A stretch of DNA of 64,000 nucleotides, taken from NCBI GenBank assembly GCA_903959175.1, contig CAJBVW010000342.1, forward strand, positions 23,432 through 87,431, read 5' to 3'. The stretch comes from an uncultured Pseudomonadota bacterium (GTDB lineage: Bacteria; Myxococcota_A; UBA796; SXON01). The number at the start of each line of letters is the position of its first letter. Position 1 is the stretch's first letter. The notes beneath the pieces are model-generated. The model ran no database searches and was not told where the DNA came from. It saw only the letters and a program-made list of their open reading frames with translations. The position numbers and the translations under genes are program-made. Positions 23,410 to 34,289 of this stretch are shown one piece after another.

Positions 23410-23463
23410 GCGGCGCCTCCTATCGCGCTTCGCCGCCGCGGCGGGCCCGCGCGGACGACTGGC

Positions 23464-26400
23464 TCACAGGCTGTCCCAGATACTTGGCTCCACACCTCCG
23501 GAAGCCGACGACTCGAGCCCCTCTTCGACCTCTCCGGGCGCGAGATCGGCGCCCGGCCCCTCTCCGACCGGCTCCGGCGCTCCGGCACCCGCCACCGTGT
23601 CGGCGAGCGCCGGCGTCTCGGTGAACGGCGCGAACCGGCGCTCGGGCGGCGATCCCGCGGTCACGAGCGTCGTGGGGCCGTCCGCCCCGTCCGCCCGCGC
23701 CACGCCCGTGTTCGGCGCGACCGGCACGCGCACGAGCCCGTCCGACGGGAGGTACTCGGTACCCGCCGCGCCGCCGAGCATCCCGGCGCGCTCCAGGCCC
23801 TTCACCGTCGCGATCCACACGGGCAACGCCCCGTTCGCGCCCTGCACCCTGAACCCGCCGCGGCGCATCGACGTGTTGTCGTCGTAGCCCACGTAGACGC
23901 CCACGGTGTAGCCCTCCCCCCACTGGTAGCGCCCGTTCGTCGCGCGCGGCGCAAAGCCGAGGAACGCGGCGTTGCGGTAGTCGTTCGTCGTGCCGGTCTT
24001 GCCCGATAGGGGCACGGGGAGGTCGGCCACGCGCACGGCCTCGGCGGCCCGGCGCCCGGTGCCGAGGCGCACGACGTTCCGCAGGATGTCGCCGGTAAGC
24101 TCGCCGCTGCGCGGGTCGATCACGCGCTCGGCGAGGGGGCGGGCCCGATAGAGCACGTTGCCCGCGGCGTCCCGAATCTCGGCGACGAGCGTGGCGGCCG
24201 GCGCGGAGGCGGGCAGGTCGAAGGTCGACCGCGTGCCGGGGACGGCGCCCTCCTCGTAGCCCTGGCCCACGAACGACCAGCGTTCGCCGCGCAACATGCC
24301 CTGGTAGAGCGCGGCGGCGTCGGTGAGCGTGAGGTCCGCCGCGCCGAGGGGGAGCGAGAGCACGTCGGGGAGGTCGGCCTCGACGCCGAGCGCCGCGACC
24401 ATCCGGGTGAGGTAGCGCACGCCGACGAGGGTCCGGTAGTCCGGGTGGGAGGCGAGGATCTCGGGATCCCACGGGTCGCGCCCCTCCATCGCGGCCAGGC
24501 GCCGATCCACGGCGGCCCGCAGCTCGGCGAGCGTGGATCGGTGCACGCGTCCGAGCACGAGGAAGTCGGTCGCGGCGTCGACCGGGTCGGTCACCGGCTC
24601 CCAGCCCTCCGGGGCGGTGCCGCAGGCCGTCGCGCCGGACACCGGATCCCGCACGAGCGTCGCGTCGGTCACGCAGTCCTCGGCGACCTCTTCGAGGGAG
24701 AGGAAGCTCCCCTGCAGGGCCGCGAGCCGCGCGGTGCGCTCCGCGGAGGGCGCCGTGCGGGCGACGCGGGCGCGCTCGGCCGCGAAGCCGTAGCCATGGT
24801 GCAGGGAGCGGAGGTTGGCGGCGTCTTCCGGGTGGGCGCCGAACGCGAGGCCGGAGAGGACGTCCTGGCGCGCCGCGCTGAACGCGAGCTCCTCGAAGCG
24901 CTCGGGGGACGACCGGAGGCCCTCCTCGTCGCGCATGCGGACGCGGAACGCTTCGTCCGTCTCGTCGGGGCGCCTGGCGAGGCCCACGAGGCCCGCGAGG
25001 CGGCGGATCTGCTCGGCGTTGAGCGGGTCGGTGAGGTGCGCGAGGAGCCACACGCTCGAGAGGTTCTCGGAGCGGGCGCCCGCGAGCGACATCGTGACGA
25101 AGGCGTCGCTCGGGTGGTCCGGGTGCGGGTAGTACCAGACGTCGCGGAACGGGAAGACGTTCCTCCGGTTGTCGAGCAGGTCCGTCGGGAGCCAGCCGAG
25201 CTGGAGGGCCGCGAGGTAGACGAGCGGCTTCCAGGTGCTCCCGAGCTGACGGTCGGCGGAGGACGCCCGGTTGAAGTTCCGGTTGTCGTTCCCACCGACC
25301 AGCGCACGGAGCTGGCCGTCCTCGAGCACGACCGCCGCGCCCTGGAGGCGGGGGCGCAGCTCCAGATCGCAGGCTCCGGCCTCGCGGACGCTCGCGAGCA
25401 CGATCGCGCCGGCGGGCAGCGCCTCCACGAGGGCGGCGCGGGCGGCGTCGTCGGCCTTCGCGGAGGCGCTCCCCGTGCGTGCGCGCGTCAGGACGGAGGC
25501 GATGCGCTCGATCCCCTCGCCGTCCACCGGACAGACGTGCCCGCCCACGTCGAGCGCGATGCCGGTCGTGGACGCGCTCACCACGTGCGCGGCGTAGAAG
25601 CCGTGCAGTTGGAGCGGGGAGTCGGGGTCGTGCGGGACCGGCGTCTTGTCGGGGAGGCGGAGGGCGCTGGCCCCCGTCTTCTCGAGGATGGGGCCGATCT
25701 CGGTGAGGTGGTGCCAGAGGCCCCAGGTCGCCTCGCGCTGGACCGTCGCGTCGACCGTCGTGATGATCTGGATGCCAGCCGTCGAGGGGTTGTCGATGCC
25801 GAGGCGTTCGAAGAGCTCGATGAACGCCGGCTCCTCCAGGCGACGCTGGACCTCGTCGAGGAGCACGGAGCGGTCGTACTGGAAGGTCCCGCGACGGAAC
25901 TCGAGGGGCTGGGCGACGAGGCTCTGGCGCTGCGCCTCGCTCAGGTACCCCTCCTCCGTCATGCGGCGCAGGACGTAGGCGGTGCGCTGCTCGGCTGCCT
26001 GGCGGGCGGCCTCCCGCCGCTCTTCGGTGGCGCCGACGAAGGGGTTGTAGCGCGAGGGGGCCTTCACGAGCCCGGCGATGAAGGCGCACTCCTTGACGGA
26101 GAGCTGGCTCACCTCCTTGTCGAAGAAGTAGCGCGCGGCGATCCCGAGCCCGCGCCCGTTCGCGGAGACGTGGAACTGGTTCGCGTAGAACTCGAGGATG
26201 TCCTCCTTGGAGAAGTGGGCCTCGAGCCGGAGCGCGTTGACCAGCTCGCCCCACTTGCTGCGCAGGCTGCGATCCGGGCGGTAGAATAGGTTCTTCGCGG
26301 TCTGTTGCGTGAGCGTGGATCCCCCCGCCACGACGGACCCGGCCTGGAGGTTCCGCACCATCGCGCGGAGGATGTGCTTGGGGCTGACCCCGTGGTGCTC

Positions 26401-26691
26401 GAAGAAGGTGCCGTCTTCGGCCGAGACGATGGCGTGGACGTAGGCTTCCGGGATCTCCGCGTAGGGCACGTAGGCGCGGTGCTCGAGGTCGAAGAACACG
26501 CCGATGCGGGTGGCGCCGTCGCGGTAGTAGACCGGAGACTCCTGGGCGATGATGGCCTGGATCGCCTCGCGGGTGAACTCCGGCCCGGGGTCCTCGACGA
26601 CGTGCTCCTGGTAGCCCCACCCGCCGACGCAGGAGACCGCACCGAACGCGACGACGCTCCCGACGAGGAGCCGCTTGACGAACGGGCTCAT
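23464..26691 (-). CDS. Bifunctional class A penicillin-binding protein (PBP1A-type, GT51 plus transpeptidase)
   Basis: ATG 26691 (ATGA overlap with the upstream stop) with TM MSPFVKRLLVGSVVAFGAV. GT51 motifs SAEDGTFFEHHGV, GGSTLTQQTAKN and RLEAHFSKEDILEFYAN. Transpeptidase motifs SxxK (GSTWKP) and KTG (SGKTGTTND). 1075 aa. Confidence 0.9.
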   Translation of the reverse strand: MSPFVKRLLVGSVVAFGAVSCVGGWGYQEHVVEDPGPEFTREAIQAIIAQESPVYYRDGATRIGVFFDLEHRAYVPYAEIPEAYVHAIVSAEDGTFFEHHGVSPKHILRAMVRNLQAGSVVAGGSTLTQQTAKNLFYRPDRSLRSKWGELVNALRLEAHFSKEDILEFYANQFHVSANGRGLGIAARYFFDKEVSQLSVKECAFIAGLVKAPSRYNPFVGATEERREAARQAAEQRTAYVLRRMTEEGYLSEAQRQSLVAQPLEFRRGTFQYDRSVLLDEVQRRLEEPAFIELFERLGIDNPSTAGIQIITTVDATVQREATWGLWHHLTEIGPILEKTGASALRLPDKTPVPHDPDSPLQLHGFYAAHVVSASTTGIALDVGGHVCPVDGEGIERIASVLTRARTGSASAKADDAARAALVEALPAGAIVLASVREAGACDLELRPRLQGAAVVLEDGQLRALVGGNDNRNFNRASSADRQLGSTWKPLVYLAALQLGWLPTDLLDNRRNVFPFRDVWYYPHPDHPSDAFVTMSLAGARSENLSSVWLLAHLTDPLNAEQIRRLAGLVGLARRPDETDEAFRVRMRDEEGLRSSPERFEELAFSAARQDVLSGLAFGAHPEDAANLRSLHHGYGFAAERARVARTAPSAERTARLAALQGSFLSLEEVAEDCVTDATLVRDPVSGATACGTAPEGWEPVTDPVDAATDFLVLGRVHRSTLAELRAAVDRRLAAMEGRDPWDPEILASHPDYRTLVGVRYLTRMVAALGVEADLPDVLSLPLGAADLTLTDAAALYQGMLRGERWSFVGQGYEEGAVPGTRSTFDLPASAPAATLVAEIRDAAGNVLYRARPLAERVIDPRSGELTGDILRNVVRLGTGRRAAEAVRVADLPVPLSGKTGTTNDYRNAAFLGFAPRATNGRYQWGEGYTVGVYVGYDDNTSMRRGGFRVQGANGALPVWIATVKGLERAGMLGGAAGTEYLPSDGLVRVPVAPNTGVARADGADGPTTLVTAGSPPERRFAPFTETPALADTVAGAGAPEPVGEGPGADLAPGEVEEGLESSASGGVEPSIWDSL

Positions 26692-27710
26692 CGGGACGCC
26701 TCCTGGAGAAGGGCGAAGGCGCGGGTGTAGCTGGCGTTCGTCGTGAACCGCTCGGCGGTGGCGCGGCAGGCGTCGCGCAGGCTGCCGCCCTCGGCCTCGG
26801 CGCGGAGGAGCCCGTCGCGGAAGCCCGCGGCGTCCGACGCCACCATCCACGGGGCCGGGAGCACCTCGGCGGCGCCGTTGTCGGGCGTCGTGAGCGCCGG
26901 GATGCCCGAGGCGAGGGCCTCAAGGCACGCGTTGGCGAAGGGGTCGTAGCGGGTGGGGAGGATCATGACGTCCGCTGCCTGCAACAATCGTTCCGGGTCC
27001 GCCCATGGGCCCAGGAAACGTACGCACGCCGGGGCCTTCCAGGGGCGATCCTTCCCCGCGACCCACAAGGTCCAGCCAAGGGGCAACGCCGCGATCGCGG
27101 TGTCGAGCCCCTTGCGGTGGAAGCCGGTGCCGAGGAACAGGGCCACCGGGCCGGTCACGCCCAGCTCGGCGCGCAGCTCCGCCCGAACCCGCGGGTCGGG
27201 GCGGAAGCGCCGGAGGTCCACGCCGTTGTAGACAACCTCGACGCGGGCGGCGCCGTAGTCCTCCACGAGCCCGCGCGCGCCGAGGGCCGAGTTCGCGATG
27301 CAGACGCGCGCCGAGCGCACGGCCGCGCGGTCCATCGCCATCTCCACCCAGTCTTCGGGCGAGATCCAGCGGCGGATCGGGTTCGTCCGTCGCAGCGCCG
27401 CGACGTGGGAGCCGCCGCCCGCGCGGAAGAGCTGGTGACCGGGCGTGCGTCCGAACCCCATCACCGCGTCGTAGGACGCACGGCCGAGCGCGGAGGACGC
27501 GGCGGCCCACAACGAGAGGAGCTTGGCCGGGCGGAGCATCGGGAGGTGCTCGAAGACGATCCCAGGTTCACCCTGGAGATCGGCGCGCACCTCGTTGCAC
27601 AGGACGTGGACGTCGTGCCCCTCGGCCACCAGCCAGCGGGCGAAGCCGACGAGGTAGCGCTCGGTCCCCCCGTGCGTAGTGAAGCGGCGATGCACGAGGG
27701 CCACCTTCAT
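26688..27710 (-). CDS. GT-B fold glycosyltransferase (family 4 / RfaG-like)
   Basis: ATG 27710 in an ATGA overlap with the upstream stop. MKVALVHRRFTTHGGTERYL N-terminus and C-terminal PTRYDPFANACLEALASGIPALTT motif. Confidence 0.85.
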   Translation of the reverse strand: MKVALVHRRFTTHGGTERYLVGFARWLVAEGHDVHVLCNEVRADLQGEPGIVFEHLPMLRPAKLLSLWAAASSALGRASYDAVMGFGRTPGHQLFRAGGGSHVAALRRTNPIRRWISPEDWVEMAMDRAAVRSARVCIANSALGARGLVEDYGAARVEVVYNGVDLRRFRPDPRVRAELRAELGVTGPVALFLGTGFHRKGLDTAIAALPLGWTLWVAGKDRPWKAPACVRFLGPWADPERLLQAADVMILPTRYDPFANACLEALASGIPALTTPDNGAAEVLPAPWMVASDAAGFRDGLLRAEAEGGSLRDACRATAERFTTNASYTRAFALLQEASR

Positions 27711-28414
27711 GTCAGGCGAGTCCGCGACCACTTCAGCAGGGTGTAGGTGGCGCCGAGGGCCGCGACGACCAGGCCGGGGACCCCGTCCAGGAAGCCGCGT
27801 TTGAGCACGTAGCCCTGGAAGAAGTGCCAGGGCGGACGCACGAGGATGTCGATCCAGGAGCCCGGGCGGGCGTCGATGGCGCTGTACCGTTCGATGGTCG
27901 CGAGGTGCTCGGCGAGGGAGCGGTACGGGAGGTGGTCGAGGTCGCCAGCGAGGTCGTGCACGGCGCCGTCTACGATTAGCAGATCGTGCGGATCGGCGCC
28001 GCCCCAGCGCGCGCGCGATCGCCGCGCGAGGCGCACGCGGCGATCCGGGTACCAGTGCCCGTGGGTCAGGCGGTGCCCCAGCCAGTGGTTACGCCGGGCG
28101 ACCCGGAAGCCGTCGGCCGTGGGCGCGCCCATCGCGGCCACGATAGCGGCGCGGAGCTCCGTCGTCACGCGCTCGTCCGCGTCGAGGGAGAGGACCCAGT
28201 CGCCACGGGCCTCGTCGAGGGCGCGGTTCTTCTGCGCGACGTGGCCCGGCCAGTCCGTCTCCACCACGCGGGCCCCGAGGGCGCGGGCGCGGGCGACGGT
28301 GTCGTCCGTGCTCCCTGAGTCGAGCACGACGCACTCGTCGGCGAAGGCGACGGACCGGATCGCGTCTTCGATGCGATCGGCCTCGTCGCGCGCGATGATG
28401 ACGGCGGAGAGCAT
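27707..28414 (-). CDS. GT-A fold glycosyltransferase (family 2, LPS-core type)
   Basis: Trimmed to ATG 28414 (235 aa). LSAVIIARDEADRIEDAIRSV..VVLDSGSTDDT and the DxD-type motif SLDADER. Confidence 0.85.
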   Translation of the reverse strand: MLSAVIIARDEADRIEDAIRSVAFADECVVLDSGSTDDTVARARALGARVVETDWPGHVAQKNRALDEARGDWVLSLDADERVTTELRAAIVAAMGAPTADGFRVARRNHWLGHRLTHGHWYPDRRVRLARRSRARWGGADPHDLLIVDGAVHDLAGDLDHLPYRSLAEHLATIERYSAIDARPGSWIDILVRPPWHFFQGYVLKRGFLDGVPGLVVAALGATYTLLKWSRTRLT

Positions 28415-28662
28415 GGGGTGTGCATCGCTATCATCGGTCGCACGGATTCCACCAATTGCGGATTCCCGGCGCCGCGGGTGTCGTCCACGGCGCGCTCGGA
28501 GGCGAGCCCGCCGACCCGGGGTGCCGAACGGGTGTGTTTCTCGCCCTTGCACGCTGGGTATCGACGCTCCGGACGCCCGGTCATTTTCTGTCCGCCCGCA
28601 GCGGCGCGGGTGGAATAGAAGGCGGCACGCGCCGTGCACACCGCTCGGCAAACGGGTGATCC

Positions 28663-31600
28663 ATGCTTCTCTCCCTCCTCCTGACCGGCTGCTCGTTCTT
28701 CGGCCGAGATGAGCTCGCGGCCCTGAAGGCGGGCGTGCTGGACGCCGGCGGGACCACCCTCCCGGTCGCCTCGGTGGACGCTGCTCCCGACGTGCCACCC
28801 CTGCGCCCGGGCGAGCTCCAGCCGCCCCCGATGAGCGCGGGGAGCGGGCTCGGCATCCTCGGCGTCGCGCCGCAGGGAGAGGAGGTCGACCCCTCGCAGG
28901 TGGCCGTCGTGTTCGACCGCCCGATGGTCGCGCTGGACGCCATCGACGCCACCAGCAGCACCGTCCCCATCCGGTGCGCCCCCGAGGTCAAGGGGCGGCT
29001 GCGCTGGGCCGGCACCTCCACGGCGGTCATCGTGCCGGAGGGCAACCGCTTCCCCGCCGCCACCGCCTACAAGTGCGAGGTCCGCGCGGGCACCGCCGCG
29101 CTCGACGGCACCGCCCTCGAGACCACCGTGGAGTGGGCCTTCACCACCGTGCGCCCTGCGGTCGAGCGCACGCGCCCCGCCGACGGCGAGTCCGCCTGGG
29201 ATCCCGCCGACCCCATCGTGTTGCGCTTCAACCAGCCGGTCGACCCCGCGGCCATCGGCGGCGCCGTCCACCTCCAGACGAGCGCAGGCGCGGCGATCCC
29301 CATCCGGCTCGCGCGCGGCGAAGGGAAGCAGAACCGACCGGACATCGTGCTCGGCCGCGCCACGCTCGCGCCGGACACCGCCTACCGACTCGTGCTCGAC
29401 GAGGGCCTCCGCGGCACCGAGGGCCCCCTCGGCCTCGACGCCGAGCAGGTGATCCAGTTCCGCACCTACCCCCCGCTCCAGGTGAGCGAGGCGGGCCCCG
29501 ATGGCACGGACATCTCGCCCTTCGAGGGCCTGCGGGTCGCGTTCACGACCGAGGTCGACGCCGCTGAGGTCAACGGCCGGATCCACCTCACGCCCACGCC
29601 TCCGGACGGGTGGAAGCCCGCCGAGGCCTACTCCAACACGAGCTGGAGCTACTGGACCCGCTTCGATCCGCGCACCACCTACACCGTCACGCTCGACGCG
29701 GGCGTGAAGGACATCCACGGGCAGACCCTCGCGCAGCCCCGCTCCTGGTCGTTCACCACCGGGGACCTCCCCGCGCTGGTGGACGCGCCGGAGGGCTTCC
29801 AGGTGTACCCCGCGTCCAACCCCCTCCAGCTCCCCATCCGCTACCGCAACGTGAGCCGGGTGGACGTCTGGATGGAGGCCGTGGATCCGCTCGCCCTCGT
29901 GCTCTCGGACGAACGCTGGCGGAGCTGGCGGGACGAGGCCGGCGGCGTCGCCTCGGCCATCGCCCCCACGGGCGTGCTGAACAAGACCCAGGTGGGATCA
30001 GTGGATCTCGCGCCCTTCCTCTCGGGCGGCGGCCACGGCCTCGTCCGCGTGCGCACCACGGCGCCGGAGCTCCGGGACTGGAACGGTGATCCGACCGCCT
30101 CCGTCGCCCTCCTCCAGGTGACGGACCTCGGTACAACCCTCAAGCTCGCACCCGAGGGCGTCACCGCGTGGGTCACCCGCCTCTCGGACGGCACCCCCGT
30201 GGCGGACGCGTCGGTGCGGATCGTACGCGCGGGCAAGATCGTGTGGACCGGCGCCACCGGCACCGACGGGCTCGCGGTGGCGGCCGGCGATCACGTCCCG
30301 GACGACTGGTACTCCTGGAAGGAGCCCCTCTGGGTGCTCGTCCAGAGCGGAGACGACGCCGCGATCACCAACCACCAATGGGACCAGGGGCTCGACGGGT
30401 GGAGCCGCGGCGTGTGGTCCAGCTTCGACCCCGCCCAGACCAGCCTCACCTTCTCCTCGTTCACTGACCGCGGGGTGTACCGTCCCGGAGAGACCGCGCA
30501 CGTCCAGCTGTTGATGCGGGACACGTCGCTGGCCGGCCTGACCGTCCCCAAGCGGCGCGAGCTCGAGTGGGAGCTCAAGGACCCGAACGGACAGAAGCTC
30601 GCGACGGGCAAGGGCGTGGCGGACGACCACGGGGCCTGGGCCCTCGACGTGGCGCTCCCGGCCGATGGCGCCATCGGCGACCACGGGCTGGAGGTCCGCC
30701 GCGGCGAGGATCGCACCTACGTCAACATCCCGACCCGGGCGTACCGCGCACCCGCGTTCCGTCTCGACGTGAAGGCCCCTCCCGAGGCGATGGTCGGCGG
30801 CGCGATCGGCGCCACGGCGGACGCCCGCTACCTGTTCGGCACCCCGATGAAGGGCGCGAAGGTGAAGTGGTCCATCGGCCGGCAGCCGCTGGCGCTCGCG
30901 CCGAAGGGCTGGGAAGACTTCAGCTTCGATGTGATCCCCGAGCTCTCCGACTGGTCGGAGCAGCCCGGCTACGAGAGCGTGTCCAGCGGCGAGGGAGAGG
31001 TCAACGCGCAGGGGCGGTTCGCGATCGTCCAGCCGCTCCCGGCCGAGGCCATCAAGCGCCCCTGGACCTACGAGATCGAGGCCACCGTCACCGACACCGA
31101 CCGTCAGCAGCTCTCCAACCGCGGCACGGTCGACGTGCACGTGGCCGAAGCCTACGTGGGCGTCCGCACCCCAGAGGGCCTGGGCGCCTCCAGCAAGCCC
31201 GTACGCGTCGAGGTCACGACCGTCACTCCCGCGGGTGAGGCCCGTCCGGGCGCCGCGGTCAAGGTCACGGCGGCCCGCCGCACCTGGGACGTCGTCCGCC
31301 AGAAGGCGCTGGACGGCACCTGGAGCTGGGTCAACACCCCCAAGGACGAGCCCGTCGCAGCGGGCACCGTCACGAGCGCGGCGCAGGCTGCCTCGTGGTC
31401 CTTCACCCCGAAGGACGGCGGGTACTACGTGGTCCGCGCGGAGGCCCCCGGCGCCAACGGCGCGATGACCGTCGCCGAGACCGGTGTGTACGTCATCGGT
31501 GGCGACGTCTCTTGGGCGCGCAGCGACACGCGCGCGCTTGAGATCGTACCCGACAAGCGCAGCTACAAGCCCGGTGACACCGCGAAGGTGCTGGTGAAGG

Positions 31601-34272
31601 CACCGAAGGGCGGGCTGCGCGCGCTGGTGACGGTGGAGCGCGAGGGTGTGTGGTCCCGGCGCGTCGTGACCCTGAAGAGCACGGCGGACGCCGTCGAGCT
31701 CCCCATCACCGCGGAGATGATGCCGAACGCGTTCGTGACGGTCCTCGCCGTCGAGGGCGCTCCCCCGGCGAACACGCCCGACGCCGGTAAGCCCGGTATC
31801 TGGTACGGCGTCGCGCAGCTGACCGTGGAGACCGAAGGCGAGAGGATCGCCGTGGCGCTCTCGACCGATCGCGAGGCCTACCAGCCGCAGGACCAGGTCA
31901 AGATCCACCTCGAGGCGCAGCGGAACGGACAGGCGCTCGCCAACGCCCGCGTGACCCTATGGGCGGTGGACTACGGCGTCCTCTCGCTCACCGCGTACGA
32001 GACGCCCGACGCCCACGCGGACTTCTACCGTGAGCGTCCCCTCGGCGTGATCACGGCGGACAACCGCATCTCCGTGTACGACCGTGCGCACTACCTCGCC
32101 AAGGGCGCCGAGGTCGGCGGTGGCGGCGGCGAGACGACGGACGGCGACACCCGCCGCAAGTTCGAGACCACGCCCCTGTGGCAGCCCGACCTGCACACGA
32201 ACGCGCGCGGCGAGCTCGACCACACCTTCACCCTCCCCGACAACCTCACCACCTTCAAGATCATGGCCGTCGTCGATGACGGGAAGGCTGCGTTCGGCGC
32301 CGACGAGCACGAGGTGCGCGTCAATCGGCCCCTGATCGCCCGTCCTGCGCTCCCCCGCTTCTTCCGCCAGGGCGACCGCGCCTTCGCCGGCGTCGTGGTG
32401 CACAACAACACGCCCTCGCCGGTCGAGGTCGTGGTCAACGCCACGGCCGCAGGCGCGACGCTCAAGGGCGCGCCGCGCACCGTGCAGGTCGCGGCGGACG
32501 GGGCGCTAGAGGTCCCCTTCGCGCTGACGGAGTTCACCGGCACCGCCGTGAAGCTGCGCTTCGAGGCGACCGGCGGCGGCAACCACGACGCCGTCGAGCT
32601 CTCCGTCCCCGTCTCGAGCCCGCTCCCGCAGGAGGTGGTCGCCTCGAGCGGCTCCACCACCGCCACCGCGACGGAGACCATCGCGCTGCCCGCGGGCGCC
32701 GTTCCCACGGCGGGGGGCCTCACGGTCAACGTGAGCGCGTCCGCGTTGGTCGGCATGGGGAGCGCAGTCGACTACCTGCTCGACTACCCCCACGGCTGCC
32801 TCGAGCAGGTCGGCAGCCGCACCCGCGTGGCGCTCCTCGCGCGCACTCTCGGCGCCAAGGCCGGCATGGAGACCCCTACCGAGAAGCTCGACGACTACGT
32901 CCGCGTCGGCATGGCCGCCCTGGAGACCTTCCGGACCCCCAGCGGCGGGTACGCCTACTGGCCCGGTGACGAAGCGACCGGCCCCTCCTCCGCCTACGCC
33001 CTGGAGATCCTGGCGGACGCGAAGGCCAGCGGCCAGGCCGTCGACGACGCCACGCTCGACCGCCTCACCGCCTACGTGCGCGAGTTCCTGGCGGGCAAGC
33101 ACGTCCCGGTCTGGTGGTCCCCCGAGATGACACGCACCGCGCAGGCCCGGGCGGCGCTCTCGCTCGCGCGCGCCGGCCGCGGCGATCCCGGCTTCAACGC
33201 GCGCCTCTGGGACGATCGGGCCGGTCTGCCGCAGTTCGCCAAGGCGGAGCTGCTGGAGACCCTCTCCCGCACCACCGGCGCGGACACGCGCACCCGGGGG
33301 CTCACCCAGGAGCTCGAAGCCGCCGTGCAGATCGAGGCCACGAGCGCGGCGCTGGTCGACCGCGACACCGCGCGCTGGGCCGCGCTCTGGTACGGGGACG
33401 ACCTCGGCACCTCCGCGCTCGTCCGCGCGTGGATGCAGGCGGTGCCGACACACCCGCTGCTCGGTCGCCTCGTCCACCACCTCGTCGACGCGCGGAAGCA
33501 GGGGCGCTGGGCGAACACCTACACCACCGCCGCCGCGCTGCTCGCGCTCCGGGACTACACGGCCCGCTACGAGACCGGCGCCGTGACCGCGCGCGCCACG
33601 TTGGCGGGCCAACCGCTCTTGGACAAGGCCCTCGGCGCGGGCGGGCAGGCCTCCGCGTTCGTGCCCATGCTGACGCTGAAGCGGGGCGAGCTCGCGTTCA
33701 CCGCGGCCGGCGGTCGGCTCTACTACGAGAGCCGGCTCGCGTACGCGCTCCCTTCCCTCCCGCCGCGCGACGAGGGCTTCACGCTCACCCGCACCTACGA
33801 GGTCCTCGAGGGCTCCGGCGGCGGCGCCCAGGTCAGCCCCGGCGCGATCGTGCGCGTCACGCTCCGCGCCGTCACCCCGGTCGATCGCTACAACGTCGCC
33901 CTCGTCGACTGGCTCCCCGCGGGCCTCGAGCCCATCGACACCACCTTCGCCACCTCCGCGCGCGCGATGGGCGGGGAAGACACCGGCGGCGGGTGGCACC
34001 CGGTCGACACCGGGATCTACGCCGAAGAAGGCCCCCACGAGTGGACCTCCACCTGGATCTTCAACCGGCGCGAGCTGCGCGACGATCGGGTCGCGCTGTA
34101 CGCGGACCACATGCCGGCCGGCATCCACGTCCAGACCTACCTCGCCCGTGCGACCACCCCGGGGGACTACGCCCACCCCGCCGCGACGATCGAGCAGATG
34201 TACGCTCCGGATACCTTCGGGCGCACGGACTCCGGCCGGTTCGTCGTCGGGTTCCCGGTCGCGGCCCGGTAG
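28663..34272 (+). CDS. Bacterial alpha-2-macroglobulin family lipoprotein (YfhM-like) with intact thioester motif
   Basis: 1869 aa with lipobox MLLSLLLTGC. Many Ig-like MG-domain repeats. Thioester motif GCLEQ (codons 32797-32808 within DYPHGCLEQVGSR). Followed by pbpC, as in the classical pair. Confidence 0.9.
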   Translation: MLLSLLLTGCSFFGRDELAALKAGVLDAGGTTLPVASVDAAPDVPPLRPGELQPPPMSAGSGLGILGVAPQGEEVDPSQVAVVFDRPMVALDAIDATSSTVPIRCAPEVKGRLRWAGTSTAVIVPEGNRFPAATAYKCEVRAGTAALDGTALETTVEWAFTTVRPAVERTRPADGESAWDPADPIVLRFNQPVDPAAIGGAVHLQTSAGAAIPIRLARGEGKQNRPDIVLGRATLAPDTAYRLVLDEGLRGTEGPLGLDAEQVIQFRTYPPLQVSEAGPDGTDISPFEGLRVAFTTEVDAAEVNGRIHLTPTPPDGWKPAEAYSNTSWSYWTRFDPRTTYTVTLDAGVKDIHGQTLAQPRSWSFTTGDLPALVDAPEGFQVYPASNPLQLPIRYRNVSRVDVWMEAVDPLALVLSDERWRSWRDEAGGVASAIAPTGVLNKTQVGSVDLAPFLSGGGHGLVRVRTTAPELRDWNGDPTASVALLQVTDLGTTLKLAPEGVTAWVTRLSDGTPVADASVRIVRAGKIVWTGATGTDGLAVAAGDHVPDDWYSWKEPLWVLVQSGDDAAITNHQWDQGLDGWSRGVWSSFDPAQTSLTFSSFTDRGVYRPGETAHVQLLMRDTSLAGLTVPKRRELEWELKDPNGQKLATGKGVADDHGAWALDVALPADGAIGDHGLEVRRGEDRTYVNIPTRAYRAPAFRLDVKAPPEAMVGGAIGATADARYLFGTPMKGAKVKWSIGRQPLALAPKGWEDFSFDVIPELSDWSEQPGYESVSSGEGEVNAQGRFAIVQPLPAEAIKRPWTYEIEATVTDTDRQQLSNRGTVDVHVAEAYVGVRTPEGLGASSKPVRVEVTTVTPAGEARPGAAVKVTAARRTWDVVRQKALDGTWSWVNTPKDEPVAAGTVTSAAQAASWSFTPKDGGYYVVRAEAPGANGAMTVAETGVYVIGGDVSWARSDTRALEIVPDKRSYKPGDTAKVLVKAPKGGLRALVTVEREGVWSRRVVTLKSTADAVELPITAEMMPNAFVTVLAVEGAPPANTPDAGKPGIWYGVAQLTVETEGERIAVALSTDREAYQPQDQVKIHLEAQRNGQALANARVTLWAVDYGVLSLTAYETPDAHADFYRERPLGVITADNRISVYDRAHYLAKGAEVGGGGGETTDGDTRRKFETTPLWQPDLHTNARGELDHTFTLPDNLTTFKIMAVVDDGKAAFGADEHEVRVNRPLIARPALPRFFRQGDRAFAGVVVHNNTPSPVEVVVNATAAGATLKGAPRTVQVAADGALEVPFALTEFTGTAVKLRFEATGGGNHDAVELSVPVSSPLPQEVVASSGSTTATATETIALPAGAVPTAGGLTVNVSASALVGMGSAVDYLLDYPHGCLEQVGSRTRVALLARTLGAKAGMETPTEKLDDYVRVGMAALETFRTPSGGYAYWPGDEATGPSSAYALEILADAKASGQAVDDATLDRLTAYVREFLAGKHVPVWWSPEMTRTAQARAALSLARAGRGDPGFNARLWDDRAGLPQFAKAELLETLSRTTGADTRTRGLTQELEAAVQIEATSAALVDRDTARWAALWYGDDLGTSALVRAWMQAVPTHPLLGRLVHHLVDARKQGRWANTYTTAAALLALRDYTARYETGAVTARATLAGQPLLDKALGAGGQASAFVPMLTLKRGELAFTAAGGRLYYESRLAYALPSLPPRDEGFTLTRTYEVLEGSGGGAQVSPGAIVRVTLRAVTPVDRYNVALVDWLPAGLEPIDTTFATSARAMGGEDTGGGWHPVDTGIYAEEGPHEWTSTWIFNRRELRDDRVALYADHMPAGIHVQTYLARATTPGDYAHPAATIEQMYAPDTFGRTDSGRFVVGFPVAAR

Positions 34273-34289
34273 TGTCCGGCCGTGCCCCC

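Noticed and set aside
23420-26923. 1167-aa minus-strand ORF in an alternative frame of the PBP1A gene
   Set aside because: It gives an Arg/Pro-rich translation with no motifs. The neighbouring frame (23464-26691) carries all the GT51 and transpeptidase motifs.
28624-28638. Sigma54-like element GGCACG-cgcc-gTGCA, 24 nt upstream of the alpha-2-macroglobulin start
   Set aside because: GG and GC are correctly spaced, but the element is also a simple palindrome (GCACGCGCCGTGC). It deviates at the first T of TTGC and would leave a leader of only about 12 nt. This is too weak to call without data.
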